A stretch of 64,000 nt of DNA from Clostridia bacterium. GTDB taxonomy: Bacteria; Bacillota; Clostridia; Oscillospirales; Acutalibacteraceae. The translations under genes and the position numbers were made by a program. The stretch lies in the NCBI GenBank assembly GCA_017521125.1, contig JAFXDV010000002.1, forward strand, positions 25,315-89,314, in the 5' to 3' direction. Shown here piece by piece: positions 1 through 8,969 of the stretch. Under the pieces are notes generated by a model that was not told where the DNA came from, did not search any database, and saw only the letters and a list, made by a program, of their open reading frames with translations. The stretch's first letter is position 1. Every line of letters begins with the position of its first letter.

Positions 1-1
1 G

Positions 2-739
2 ATCGATCGTTTAGGCTTCTACATTCACCGTGTAACACAGACCAAGGGTATCTGGACTTTATCAGATAGCGAAATTTCCGCTATGGTAGACCTTGCAAAA
101 CAGTATCAGGTAGAACTCGTACTCGCTATCGGACCTCGTGCAACCACAGATACAAGTGCTTCTGTTAAGAGCCCTGAAGGCGTACGTATGGGTTACCGTC
201 TACGTGGTCAGGATCAGGTTGTTCGTGCTATCGAAGACGTACGCCGTGCTGCACGTCTTGGCGCACGCACATTCCTTGTATATGATGAGGGTTGTTTGTG
301 GGCATTAAACAAGGCTCGTGAAGCAGGTCTTCTCCCTGAAGATTGCAAATTCAAGATGTCTGCTCACTCCGGTCACGGCAATCCTTGCTCTGCTAAATTA
401 TTACAGGATATCGGCGCAGACTCTTTCAACATCGTTCGTGACTATCAGTTACAGCACTTAGCAGCAGTTCGTTCTGCTATTGATATTCCTATTGACTGCC
501 ACACCGAGAACCCAACTTCTTCAGGTGGATTTATCCGTCATTACGAAGTTCCTGAAATGATCCGTGTTGCATCTCCTATCTATTTGAAGACAGGTGGCTC
601 TGTTGCACAGACACATAGCTGGGATTCTACTGAGGCAGATGCTAAGAAGCGTGCTAAGCAGGTATTACTTGTTAAGCGTGTTATCGATGCTTACTATCCA
701 GAGGCTAAGTACTCACCCAAGGGCTCTTTAAATCACTAA
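2..739 (+). CDS. Hypothetical enzyme, 5'-truncated by the window edge; first visible gene of the hydro-lyase/PrpD/Etf operon
   Basis: Frame 2 is open from base 2 (IDRLGFYIHRVTQTKG...) and continues through the listed 83..739 ORF to its stop. Composition is protein-like and the strand and codon style match the following genes. I did not recognise the family by eye. Confidence 0.6.
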   Translation: MDRLGFYIHRVTQTKGIWTLSDSEISAMVDLAKQYQVELVLAIGPRATTDTSASVKSPEGVRMGYRLRGQDQVVRAIEDVRRAARLGARTFLVYDEGCLWALNKAREAGLLPEDCKFKMSAHSGHGNPCSAKLLQDIGADSFNIVRDYQLQHLAAVRSAIDIPIDCHTENPTSSGGFIRHYEVPEMIRVASPIYLKTGGSVAQTHSWDSTEADAKKRAKQVLLVKRVIDAYYPEAKYSPKGSLNH

Positions 740-787
740 TAAGCAATTGAAGTCCCCGAAATTTGTGAACAGAAAGGGATACTTAAT

Positions 788-1297
788 ATGGAAATTAAGA
801 CAATAACAGCGCCCTTCACAGATGAAGTGCTCAGTCAGTTGAAGGTAGGAGACATTGTAAATGTATCCGGTATTATCTATGCTGGTCGTGACGCAGTTCT
901 ACCAAAAATCGTAGAGATGATTGATGAAGGTTCGCTAGAAGAAAATGATATTCACTTGCAGGGCAGTGTAATTTTCCACACCGCAGTTAGCCCTGCAGGT
1001 GTTGGTCCTACATCCAGCAATAAGCTGGAAATCGAGGGTACTATGCCTCAGCTTACTGCCGCCGGTATTCGTATGCATCTTGGTAAAGGCGCTTTGAAGC
1101 CTGAGACTATTGAGATGTTCAAGCAGTACAATGCAGTATATGCAGTTATCGCTCCGGTAACTGCACTGCTTAACAGCAAGGTCTTAGCTAAACGCTGTGT
1201 GGCACATCCTGAGCTGGGCATGGAGGCGTTTTATGAATTGCAGGTTGAAGAATTCCCTTGCATTATCGCCGCTGCCCACGGTGAGAGTATGTTTTAA
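788..1297 (+). CDS. Fe-S type hydro-lyase, beta subunit (class I fumarate hydratase / L-tartrate dehydratase C-terminal-domain family)
   Basis: 169 aa. The sequence GDIVNVSGIIYAGRDAVLPK...GPTSS...GKGA is typical of FumA-C/TtdB-type beta subunits. It lies directly upstream of the alpha subunit. Confidence 0.85.
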   Translation: MEIKTITAPFTDEVLSQLKVGDIVNVSGIIYAGRDAVLPKIVEMIDEGSLEENDIHLQGSVIFHTAVSPAGVGPTSSNKLEIEGTMPQLTAAGIRMHLGKGALKPETIEMFKQYNAVYAVIAPVTALLNSKVLAKRCVAHPELGMEAFYELQVEEFPCIIAAAHGESMF

Positions 1298-1311
1298 GGA
1301 GGGAAACAACC

Positions 1312-2169
1312 ATGTCTTTTAATTACAATGAAGTAGTCGCCAAGGTGGCGGATACACTGGTCAGAGCCGGTTCTACCTTCCGTGAGGACAAAAAAGAGGC
1401 TTACCGTCGTGCTATTGCCTCTGAGGAACTAACACGTGCTAAATGGAATTTAGAAACCATTTTAGAAAATGCAGAGGTTGCTCAGTGTAATCGCAGCCCT
1501 CTGTGTGATGATACAGGTATTCCCCATGTATTTATTGAGATAGGTCCAAACCGCACGCTCAGCGGCAGCCTTATGACTGCTATTCAGGATGGTGTGCGTG
1601 AAGGTCTTCGTCAGCTTCCGGGTCGTCCTATGGCGATTATGGGCAACGATAAGGAACGTATTGATATGTCCGGCGGCATCAGCCCCGATTCAGATGCGTT
1701 AGATACTGCTCCCTTCCTCATCAAAGAGGTTGAGGAGGATGTGCTCCGTGTTCACGTGCTTATGTTAGGTGGAGGCCCTGCTATCAGAGGTATCACTCAC
1801 CGAGTTTTCCACAAGCACAGTATGCAGGTAGTGCTTGATGAAATCGTAACTCGCACCAAGGATGCTACTAAACTGTTGGGTTGTACACCTTGCGCCGTTG
1901 CTATCGGTGTAGGTCGCTCACAGTATGAAGCCACAGCTCTTATGATGGAGGCTATGGTTTACGGCGATTTCAATAAACAGAATGAAATGGAACGTTATAT
2001 CACAGACAAGGTTAACGAGACCGATGTTGGTCCTTTAGGTCTTAACGGCAAAACTACCGTTCTTGCCACCTTTATGAAGGTAGGACCTCAGAGAGCAAGC
2101 GGTGTTCGTGTGGTTGCAATGCGTCCGGGCTGCTGTTTTGAGCCTCGTATTGCAAGCGTAGAACTGTAA
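1312..2169 (+). CDS. Fe-S type hydro-lyase, alpha subunit (class I fumarate hydratase / L-tartrate dehydratase N-terminal-domain family)
   Basis: 285 aa with a CDDTGIP motif and further cysteines typical of the 4Fe-4S hydro-lyase alpha domain. SD AAGGAGGG lies upstream and the gap to the beta subunit is 14 nt. Confidence 0.85.
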   Translation: MSFNYNEVVAKVADTLVRAGSTFREDKKEAYRRAIASEELTRAKWNLETILENAEVAQCNRSPLCDDTGIPHVFIEIGPNRTLSGSLMTAIQDGVREGLRQLPGRPMAIMGNDKERIDMSGGISPDSDALDTAPFLIKEVEEDVLRVHVLMLGGGPAIRGITHRVFHKHSMQVVLDEIVTRTKDATKLLGCTPCAVAIGVGRSQYEATALMMEAMVYGDFNKQNEMERYITDKVNETDVGPLGLNGKTTVLATFMKVGPQRASGVRVVAMRPGCCFEPRIASVEL

Positions 2170-2190
2170 TTTTTAAAAGGAGAACAAGAT

Positions 2191-3309
2191 ATGAGTAACG
2201 AATTCAAACCAATGAAGTTTGGTTGCGGAAGATATATTCAGGCTCCGGGTGCCATTGAAATTGTTGGTAGAGAAGCCGCTCAGCTCAAAAGTCGCAAGGC
2301 TCTAATCGTAGGAGGCAAACAGGCGCTTGATTCTGTTGGTGCTAAAATGGAGGCAAGCTTAAAGGATGCAGGTGTTGAACCCTATTTCTACACAATGACC
2401 TCTGATTGTACCTATGAAACTTTAGATTATTTACAGAATACCCTTATCCCACAGCAGAAGGCAGATTTGGTAATCGGCACAGGCGGTGGTAAGGTAGTAG
2501 ATATGGCAAAAGCTTCCGGTAAGTGTAGCGGTCTGCCTGTACTTAACGTGCCTACCTCTGTAGCAACCTTCAACTGTTGGTCGGCAATGAGTGTTATGTA
2601 CACACCTGACCACAAGCCTATCGACCGTATCTGGCATTCCTCTGAGATTGATGGCGTAGTTATCGATACACAGGTTATAGCTAATGCTCCTGTAAAGCTA
2701 TTTGCTTCAGGTATGGCAGATGCTTTTGCTAAGTATATTGAGACCGGCTTTATGGACGAGTCTTATACAGTTAACAATACCCCTGTTGGCATGTATACCT
2801 CTAAGGTAATGGCAGGTACAACTAACGAGATTATTCTCAACCGTGGCGAACAGGCATATCGTGACTGTATTGAACATAAGGTTACAGATGATTTGGATGC
2901 TTGCGTATTCGCAAACGTTGCTACCACAGCTATTGCTGCGGCGGTAAATTACAGCAATCATTCTCTCATTCACAGCGGTAACGGTAAGGGTGCAACTTTT
3001 GCTCACGCTCTCTATTATGCTTGTAAAGCAAAATACACAGAGGAAACAAGTGAGTGGCTCCACGGAGAAATTGTTGGTCTTGGATGTCAGGCTTCTATGT
3101 ATGCTTATGAGCGTGGCGAATATGAAACCAAGAACTTTGCCCGCTTTATGAAGGCCATCGGTCAGCCAATGTCCTTAAAGGATCTGGGCTTGGATACCAG
3201 CGACAAGGGAATAAAAGAGTTGGTAGATTGTATGATGGTTGTATGGGGCAAGCGTCCTGAAGAGCATTGGCCAATCATTTATGATGCATTGCAGCACATA
3301 AAGGAATAA
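2191..3309 (+). CDS. Iron-containing alcohol dehydrogenase family protein (glycerol dehydrogenase GldA-like)
   Basis: 372 aa with the GTGGGKVVDMAKA nucleotide-binding loop and downstream His residues characteristic of group III ADH/GldA. SD AAAGGAGAA. Confidence 0.8.
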   Translation: MSNEFKPMKFGCGRYIQAPGAIEIVGREAAQLKSRKALIVGGKQALDSVGAKMEASLKDAGVEPYFYTMTSDCTYETLDYLQNTLIPQQKADLVIGTGGGKVVDMAKASGKCSGLPVLNVPTSVATFNCWSAMSVMYTPDHKPIDRIWHSSEIDGVVIDTQVIANAPVKLFASGMADAFAKYIETGFMDESYTVNNTPVGMYTSKVMAGTTNEIILNRGEQAYRDCIEHKVTDDLDACVFANVATTAIAAAVNYSNHSLIHSGNGKGATFAHALYYACKAKYTEETSEWLHGEIVGLGCQASMYAYERGEYETKNFARFMKAIGQPMSLKDLGLDTSDKGIKELVDCMMVVWGKRPEEHWPIIYDALQHIKE

Positions 3310-3344
3310 TCTCCTGTGCTAATTCTATTAAAGGAGACTGGTGT

Positions 3345-4688
3345 ATGAATTTAACAGATACTTTTATACACACACTTTACACACTAAAATCTCAACCGAT
3401 TCCGCCTGAGGTAAAAGAAGAAACTCGTAAGTGTATACTGGACGAAGTTGGAGCGATGCTTGCAGGTGCCAAATTGTTGGAAAATCAACTGAGCAGCTAC
3501 CTGAATCTGTTTTCAGGAGATGAAGCAACAGTACTTGGCTTGGGACGCAAGGCATCTCTGCAGAACGCCGCATTGGTTAATGGTGTTAGTGGTCACGCTC
3601 ACGATTTTGATGATGGTCACCGCTTTTCAACAGTGCATTTAGGTTCTGCCATTATTCCTGCTGTTTTAGCCGTAGCGGAAAAGGAAAATTTAACTATGGA
3701 TGATGCTATACGTGGTATTGTCATAGGATATGAGGCAGCAATTCGTATGGGTAATTGCATTCAACCCAGTCACCGTTCTCGTGGTTTTCACGCCTCAGGT
3801 ACGGTTGGTACTATTGGTGCTGCTATTGGTGTAGCCGCTTTGCTTGATTTTAACAAAGAACAATTCAGGTCCACTTTGGCCGCCGCTTGCACAAGCGCCG
3901 GAGGTATTTTGGAAATGCAAGAAAACGTCTCCACATTAAAGCCTTTCAATATCGGTCGTGCAACCAACGCCGGTATTACGGCAGCTTTCATTGTTCGAGC
4001 AGGCTTTCAAGGACCATTGGACACTTTGGAGGGTAAATTCGGTTTCCTACACTCGGCGTGTGAGACCTACAAGCCGGAAGTTCTCTCTCTTGAGTATGAC
4101 AGCAATTACAACATTTGCGGCAGTTATCATAAGCCGTTTTCATCCTGCAGGCACACACACGGTGCAATATATGCCGCTCTCAAAGCGGTCAATGATAATG
4201 GTGTGGACTGGCACGATATAGAAAAAATTTCTGTGGAAATGTACGGTCAAGGTGTTAAAGGACACGACCACACTCAGATACCTAGTGGTGTTGCAGGAAG
4301 AATGTCTAGTCCTTTCTGCATAGCGTTGGCGCTAATCACCGGTAAGGTAGGAATATCCTCGTTTAGTGAGAAGTCCCTAAACGATCCTGATATTTTAGCC
4401 CTTACAAAAAAGGTCAGTGTTCAAGAAGATCCTGAAATGACTTCTTGGGTGCCTAAGAAACGTGCTGCACGTGTCACCGTCACTATGAAGAATGGCGATG
4501 CTTTTACAGCTCAAGCAGACTATGCTCTTGGCGAGCCGGAACTGCCTATGACTACAGAAGATTTCCGTGCTAAAGTGACTGAACTTGGTATGTATGCCGG
4601 CAGGTCCGAGCAGAACATCCAAAGCATCATAGATATGGTACTTACCTTTGATGGAAATGTTGCAGAACTTATGAAAATATTAATATAA
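3345..4688 (+). CDS. MmgE/PrpD family protein (2-methylcitrate dehydratase-like)
   Basis: 447 aa. The motif GVSGHAHDFDDGH..STVHLGS and overall length match the PrpD/MmgE family. SD AAAGGAGA. Confidence 0.85.
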   Translation: MNLTDTFIHTLYTLKSQPIPPEVKEETRKCILDEVGAMLAGAKLLENQLSSYLNLFSGDEATVLGLGRKASLQNAALVNGVSGHAHDFDDGHRFSTVHLGSAIIPAVLAVAEKENLTMDDAIRGIVIGYEAAIRMGNCIQPSHRSRGFHASGTVGTIGAAIGVAALLDFNKEQFRSTLAAACTSAGGILEMQENVSTLKPFNIGRATNAGITAAFIVRAGFQGPLDTLEGKFGFLHSACETYKPEVLSLEYDSNYNICGSYHKPFSSCRHTHGAIYAALKAVNDNGVDWHDIEKISVEMYGQGVKGHDHTQIPSGVAGRMSSPFCIALALITGKVGISSFSEKSLNDPDILALTKKVSVQEDPEMTSWVPKKRAARVTVTMKNGDAFTAQADYALGEPELPMTTEDFRAKVTELGMYAGRSEQNIQSIIDMVLTFDGNVAELMKILI

Positions 4689-4768
4689 AATCTTAAACAA
4701 ATACGAATAATCCACGCCTTACTCTAAAGGCGGGATGTTCGTTTTTGATTAGTTTCCGAGGTGAAAAT

Positions 4769-6352
4769 ATGGAACAAACACTTATTCGTAAATTAGTCAG
4801 CGCAGATGAAGAATATCTGCGTGACGAATCTAAAAAGGTCGGTAACGCAGAGAGCATTTCCTTCCCCGAAACACATGAACAGGTGTGCGAGATTATGACC
4901 GAGCTATATAAAACAGGCACTCCTGTTACAGTGCAGGGAAGCCGTACCGGTCTTGCTGCTGCTGCCGTACCATTTGGCGGCCATATACTCAACCTGTCCA
5001 GAATGGACAAAGTGCTTGGTATGCGCTCTGAGGACGGCCGTTTCTACATTACCGTTCAGCCTGGAGTTATCCTTCAGAAGCTTAACAAATCTATTGCGGC
5101 TCGTTCATTTAGTATGGATGCTTGGGATGAAGAGTCACAAGAAACCTACAAAGCCTTCTGTCGTGCAGGCTCCTTGATGTTCACCCCTGACCCCACAGAG
5201 AGTACCGCATCAATTGGCGGTATGGTGGCTTGCAATGCTTCGGGTGCACGCAGTTACCATTACGGTGCTACACGTGGACACATTGAGGCGTTACGTGGCG
5301 TGTTAGCAAACGGAGAGACAATTTCTCTGAGCAGAGGACAAATCTTTGCTAAAGGCTTGGAGCTTTCTTTGCCGACAGAGCAAGGAAGCACCATTAACGT
5401 TAAACTTCCTACATATAAGATGCCTGAATGTAAGAATGCCTCCGGCTACTATTGTCACGAGGATATGGATGCAATCGACTTATTAATCGGTAGTGACGGA
5501 ACACTTGCAATTTTAACCGAGATTGAAATATCCTTACTACCTGTACCTGCTTTGACTTGGGGTATCACCTGTTTCTTCCCCACACAATCTGAAGCAGTTG
5601 CATACACAAAACTTACAAAGAATATTTCTCAAGGAATTGCAGCTATCGAATATTTTGATGATTGCGCATTAGATATATTGCGTAAACAAAAGGCAGAAAA
5701 TACCGCTTTCTCAGGACTTCCCTTCCTTCCTAAAGAATACGGTTGTGCAGTTTATACTGAGTTGCATTGCGATGGCGAAGAACAGGCTTACGCCCTTCTT
5801 GAAACCTTGAGTGGCAACTGTGCTCAGGCAGGCGGCAACCCTGATATGACTTGGGTGGCAACCAGTGACAGTGACCGTGACGTGTTACATTTCTTCCGTC
5901 ACGCAGTTCCTGAAAGCGTTAATATGCAGGTAGAGCGCAGCAAACGCAACTACCCTGAAATCACTAAGGTAGGCGGCGACTTAGCTGTACCTGATGACTC
6001 TTTTGAAACCCTTATGAATTTGTATGATGCTACACTCGAAAAAGAGGGCTTGCAGCATGCAGCTTGGGGACACATTGGAGATAATCACATTCACGTAAAT
6101 ATTCTTCCACGAGATATGGATGAATACAGCCGAGGAAAAGCCTTGCTTGCCGGATGGGCAGCAGAAGTTTCCCGTATGGGCGGCGCAGTTTCTGCCGAGC
6201 ATGGCGTTGGAAAACTGAAAGCCCCCTTCTTAGAGGTTATGTACGGCGAAGACCACATTCGCGAAATGGCAGCGCTAAAGGCTACATTTGATCCAAAGTG
6301 TATGCTTGGTCGCGGCAATCTGTTCGCACCGCAACAGGAGGTAGAGAGATGA
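4769..6352 (+). CDS. FAD-binding oxidoreductase (GlcD / D-lactate dehydrogenase-like FAD-linked oxidase)
   Basis: FAD-binding PCMH-type N-terminus (TVQGSRTGLAAAAVP...) and the C-terminal motif HIGDNHIHVN...SAEHGVGK. I chose the ATG at 4769 (MEQTLIRK), preceded by GAGGTG, over the TTG at 4745. Confidence 0.85.
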   Translation: MEQTLIRKLVSADEEYLRDESKKVGNAESISFPETHEQVCEIMTELYKTGTPVTVQGSRTGLAAAAVPFGGHILNLSRMDKVLGMRSEDGRFYITVQPGVILQKLNKSIAARSFSMDAWDEESQETYKAFCRAGSLMFTPDPTESTASIGGMVACNASGARSYHYGATRGHIEALRGVLANGETISLSRGQIFAKGLELSLPTEQGSTINVKLPTYKMPECKNASGYYCHEDMDAIDLLIGSDGTLAILTEIEISLLPVPALTWGITCFFPTQSEAVAYTKLTKNISQGIAAIEYFDDCALDILRKQKAENTAFSGLPFLPKEYGCAVYTELHCDGEEQAYALLETLSGNCAQAGGNPDMTWVATSDSDRDVLHFFRHAVPESVNMQVERSKRNYPEITKVGGDLAVPDDSFETLMNLYDATLEKEGLQHAAWGHIGDNHIHVNILPRDMDEYSRGKALLAGWAAEVSRMGGAVSAEHGVGKLKAPFLEVMYGEDHIREMAALKATFDPKCMLGRGNLFAPQQEVER

Positions 6353-7140
6353 AAATATTTGTTTGTATGAAGCAGGTACCTGCCGCTGCTACGGCTAGTA
6401 TTGATCCGCTCACCAAAACTATCGTGCGTACCGCTAACAATGCGGTAACCAATCCCTTTGACCTCTATGCGTTACAGACTGCTCTTGATATCCGCAAACA
6501 GACCGGTGGCTCACTTACCGCTATTACAATGGGTATTCCGGCTGCGGAAAGGGTGCTTCGTGATGCTGTAAGTCGTGGTGCTGACGGCGGCGTGCTGCTG
6601 TCTGACCGTGCATTTGCAGGTGCAGATACATTAGCTACCTCTTATGCTCTTTCCTTGGGCATTGAAAAAATGGGCGGTTCAGATTTGATTGTCTGCGGCA
6701 AAATGGCTGTAGACGGCGATACCGCACAAATCGGCCCTGAATTAGCACAGCATTTAGGTATTCCACACGTTTCTGACGTATGCGAGATTTTAGAAGCTGC
6801 AGAGGATCATTTAGTTGTACGTCGTGTATGGGATGAAGTGGAGCAAGAGTTATATCTTCCTCTACCCGCACTTATTACAGTAGTAAAGGGGCAAAATCTG
6901 CCTCAGTTGGCAACTATCCCGGGTATGCTACGTGGACGTGACGTAGAGATTCCGCTTTTCACTGCCGAAGCATTGAATGCGGACACAGAACGTTGCGGTC
7001 TTAAGGGCTCTCCTACACAGGTTGTTCGTACATTTACACCTCCTGTAAGAGGTCAGGCAAAGACCATAGAAGGCAGCGAAACACAGCAAGCCGAAGAACT
7101 GGCAAAAGTTATTAAGGAGGTGCTTTATGGAGCAGATTAA
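6349..7140 (+). CDS. etfB: Electron transfer flavoprotein, beta subunit
   Basis: MKIFVCMKQVP N-terminus and a DGDTAQIGP motif. The ATG at 6349 overlaps the oxidase stop codon (ATGA) and follows GGAGGTAGAGAG. The listed start at 6298 lies inside the upstream gene. Confidence 0.9.
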   Translation: MKIFVCMKQVPAAATASIDPLTKTIVRTANNAVTNPFDLYALQTALDIRKQTGGSLTAITMGIPAAERVLRDAVSRGADGGVLLSDRAFAGADTLATSYALSLGIEKMGGSDLIVCGKMAVDGDTAQIGPELAQHLGIPHVSDVCEILEAAEDHLVVRRVWDEVEQELYLPLPALITVVKGQNLPQLATIPGMLRGRDVEIPLFTAEALNADTERCGLKGSPTQVVRTFTPPVRGQAKTIEGSETQQAEELAKVIKEVLYGAD

Positions 7141-8110
7141 AAAAGGAGCCTTGTGGGTATTTTGTGAGGTTCAGTCAGGCGAACTTTTGCCTGTAGGTAT
7201 GCAGTTATTAGGACGTGCTAAAACACTGGCTGCAGAAAGCAACCGACCTCTTTACGCTATTGTTCTTGGCAAAATTCCCGAGGGGGCCGTTAAAACTCTT
7301 GGTGCCGCAGGCGCTGATGAAGTGATTTGCAGTGACAGTCCCGCTTTGGCAGATAAATTGGAACAACCTTATGCCGATAGCCTTATAGATTTGGCTCAGA
7401 AATTTGAGCCCGATATCCTTTTAGTTGGCGCTACTCCTTTTGGACGTGCATTTGCTCCCAGAGTAGCTGCTGCATTAGGCACAGGCTTAACTGCTGACTG
7501 TACTGAACTAAGCATCGAAGCCGAAAGCGGTCTGCTTTTACAGACTCGTCCGGCCTTTGGCGGAAATATGATGGCTACCATTAAAACTGCTACACATCGT
7601 CCTCAGATGGCAACAGTTCGTCCCGGAGTATTGCCATTACCTGAGCCTGTAGAGACTCCTCTAAGTGAGCCTATAGCAATTCCGTATAACAACGAAGCTG
7701 GCTTAGTTCGTCTGCTGAGAGAAACCGCTATCAGTAAAGGCGCTGATATAAGCCAAAGCAAGATTATTGTTGCTGCCGGCAGAGGTATCGGTCAAAAGAA
7801 AAATCTAAAGCTGGTGCAGGCGTTAGCTGATAAGCTTGGCGGCGAAGTGGGCGCTTCTCGTCCATTGGTTGACATGGGCTTTTGTCCTTACAGCAGTCAG
7901 ATAGGACAGACCGGTTACAGCGTAGCTCCTGATTTGCTTATTTGTTGCGGTATCTCCGGTGCGGTTCAGCATTTGGCAGGTATAGGCGGCGCTAAAACCG
8001 TAATCGCAATCAACACCGATCCTAAAGCTCCTATTTTCTCGGTAGCTGATTATAAGATTGTGGGCGATTGCGTTACAGTTCTTGAAAATTTATTGAAATT
8101 ATTGGGTTAA
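7127..8110 (+). CDS. etfA: Electron transfer flavoprotein, alpha subunit
   Basis: 327 aa with a C-terminal FAD-binding region (ISGAVQHLAGI..AINTD). It overlaps etfB by 14 nt. SD AAGGAGG. Confidence 0.9.
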   Translation: MEQIKKGALWVFCEVQSGELLPVGMQLLGRAKTLAAESNRPLYAIVLGKIPEGAVKTLGAAGADEVICSDSPALADKLEQPYADSLIDLAQKFEPDILLVGATPFGRAFAPRVAAALGTGLTADCTELSIEAESGLLLQTRPAFGGNMMATIKTATHRPQMATVRPGVLPLPEPVETPLSEPIAIPYNNEAGLVRLLRETAISKGADISQSKIIVAAGRGIGQKKNLKLVQALADKLGGEVGASRPLVDMGFCPYSSQIGQTGYSVAPDLLICCGISGAVQHLAGIGGAKTVIAINTDPKAPIFSVADYKIVGDCVTVLENLLKLLG

Positions 8111-8116
8111 TGCTAA

Positions 8117-8151
8117 AAGCCTCCTTGTCAGTGCAAGGAGGCTTAGTTTTT
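8117..8151 (+). terminator. Rho-independent terminator after etfA
   Basis: Stem AAGCCTCCTTG (8117-8127) pairs with CAAGGAGGCTT (8134-8144), followed by AGTTTTT. Confidence 0.8.
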
Positions 8152-8179
8152 ATATTAGGTATGGGCTGATTTAACCCAC

Positions 8180-8214
8180 AAAAAAAGACCAAGTCATCGT
8201 CTTGGTCTTTTTTA
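8180..8214. terminator. Bidirectional terminator downstream of the cps phosphatase gene
   Basis: Stem AGACCAAG (8186-8193) pairs with CTTGGTCT (8201-8208), flanked by an A-run upstream and a T-run downstream. Confidence 0.8.
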
Positions 8215-8216
8215 TA

Positions 8217-8969
8217 TTAATAATACTTGCCGAAAATCTTAGAAATTTTTTGATAATTAAAAGGATAAAGGGGAGCATTGTCCCAAACGCAACGGGCAGA
8301 AGCCTCCATAGAGTCGATAAGCTCGTTTGAAAGGGCTTTAAGACTATCAGCCAGATTAGGTGGCCGCTTTTTAGTATTATGAGTGTCCGAAGCGGCAAAA
8401 TGTGCATAGCCTTTATTCAAAACAGCCTTGCAAAAGCCTTTATCGTAACAAGGCGATATGGAATCTGCCGTTACTTGAGCAATAGCTCCTTTAAGGGTTA
8501 ATTCATAAAGGTATTTTGGAGTTTTTCTAAAATAAAGGCAACGCTCAACGTGGGCTAAAATAGGAGTAATGCCCATCATTGTAAGCTCTGATATTATTGC
8601 GTCCAGATGAGGCGGAATAACGAGGTCGTCCAATTCTAAAAGCAGGTAGTCACCACCACAAAGGGTAAGCTGTCTTAGGTCAAGTTTTAAAATTTCGGGA
8701 GAATAAACAACCTCTGCTCCGAGGCGAAGCTCGGGCATGGTGGCTTCGTCGTAACTCTCCATAAGAAGCTTAAAGAAAAATTCTCGCTTGACTAAAAAGT
8801 CTTCAAGCGTCTGCTTTTGTGAATCAAAGTGGGGGGTTAATACAACCCTGTCAACGCCGCTTGATTTTTGCATTCTTAATATCTGAAGAGCTTCTGTTAC
8901 GTCTGATGCGCCATCATCTATGCTTGGCAGTATATGGGTGTGAATGTCGGTTAATGACAAGCGATGCAT
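8217..8969 (-). CDS. cpsB: CpsB/CapC-type protein-tyrosine phosphatase (PHP family, manganese-dependent)
   Basis: DIHTHILPSIDDG N-terminal PHP motif; 250 aa; overlaps the kinase gene by 1 nt. Confidence 0.85.
   Translation of the reverse strand: MHRLSLTDIHTHILPSIDDGASDVTEALQILRMQKSSGVDRVVLTPHFDSQKQTLEDFLVKREFFFKLLMESYDEATMPELRLGAEVVYSPEILKLDLRQLTLCGGDYLLLELDDLVIPPHLDAIISELTMMGITPILAHVERCLYFRKTPKYLYELTLKGAIAQVTADSISPCYDKGFCKAVLNKGYAHFAASDTHNTKKRPPNLADSLKALSNELIDSMEASARCVWDNAPLYPFNYQKISKIFGKYY

Noticed and set aside
2427-3063. Antisense ORFs within the GldA-like dehydrogenase gene. Similar antisense ORFs occur in the prpD-like, oxidase, liv, murF, ddl, dnaK, nfnB and U32 genes.
   Set aside because: They are shadow ORFs opposite well-supported genes, with no independent signals.
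6298-6348. Upstream start of the listed etfB ORF.
   Set aside because: It lies entirely within the 3' end of the FAD-oxidase gene. MKIFVCMKQVP at 6349 is the conserved EtfB N-terminus, and it has an SD and an ATGA stop/start overlap.
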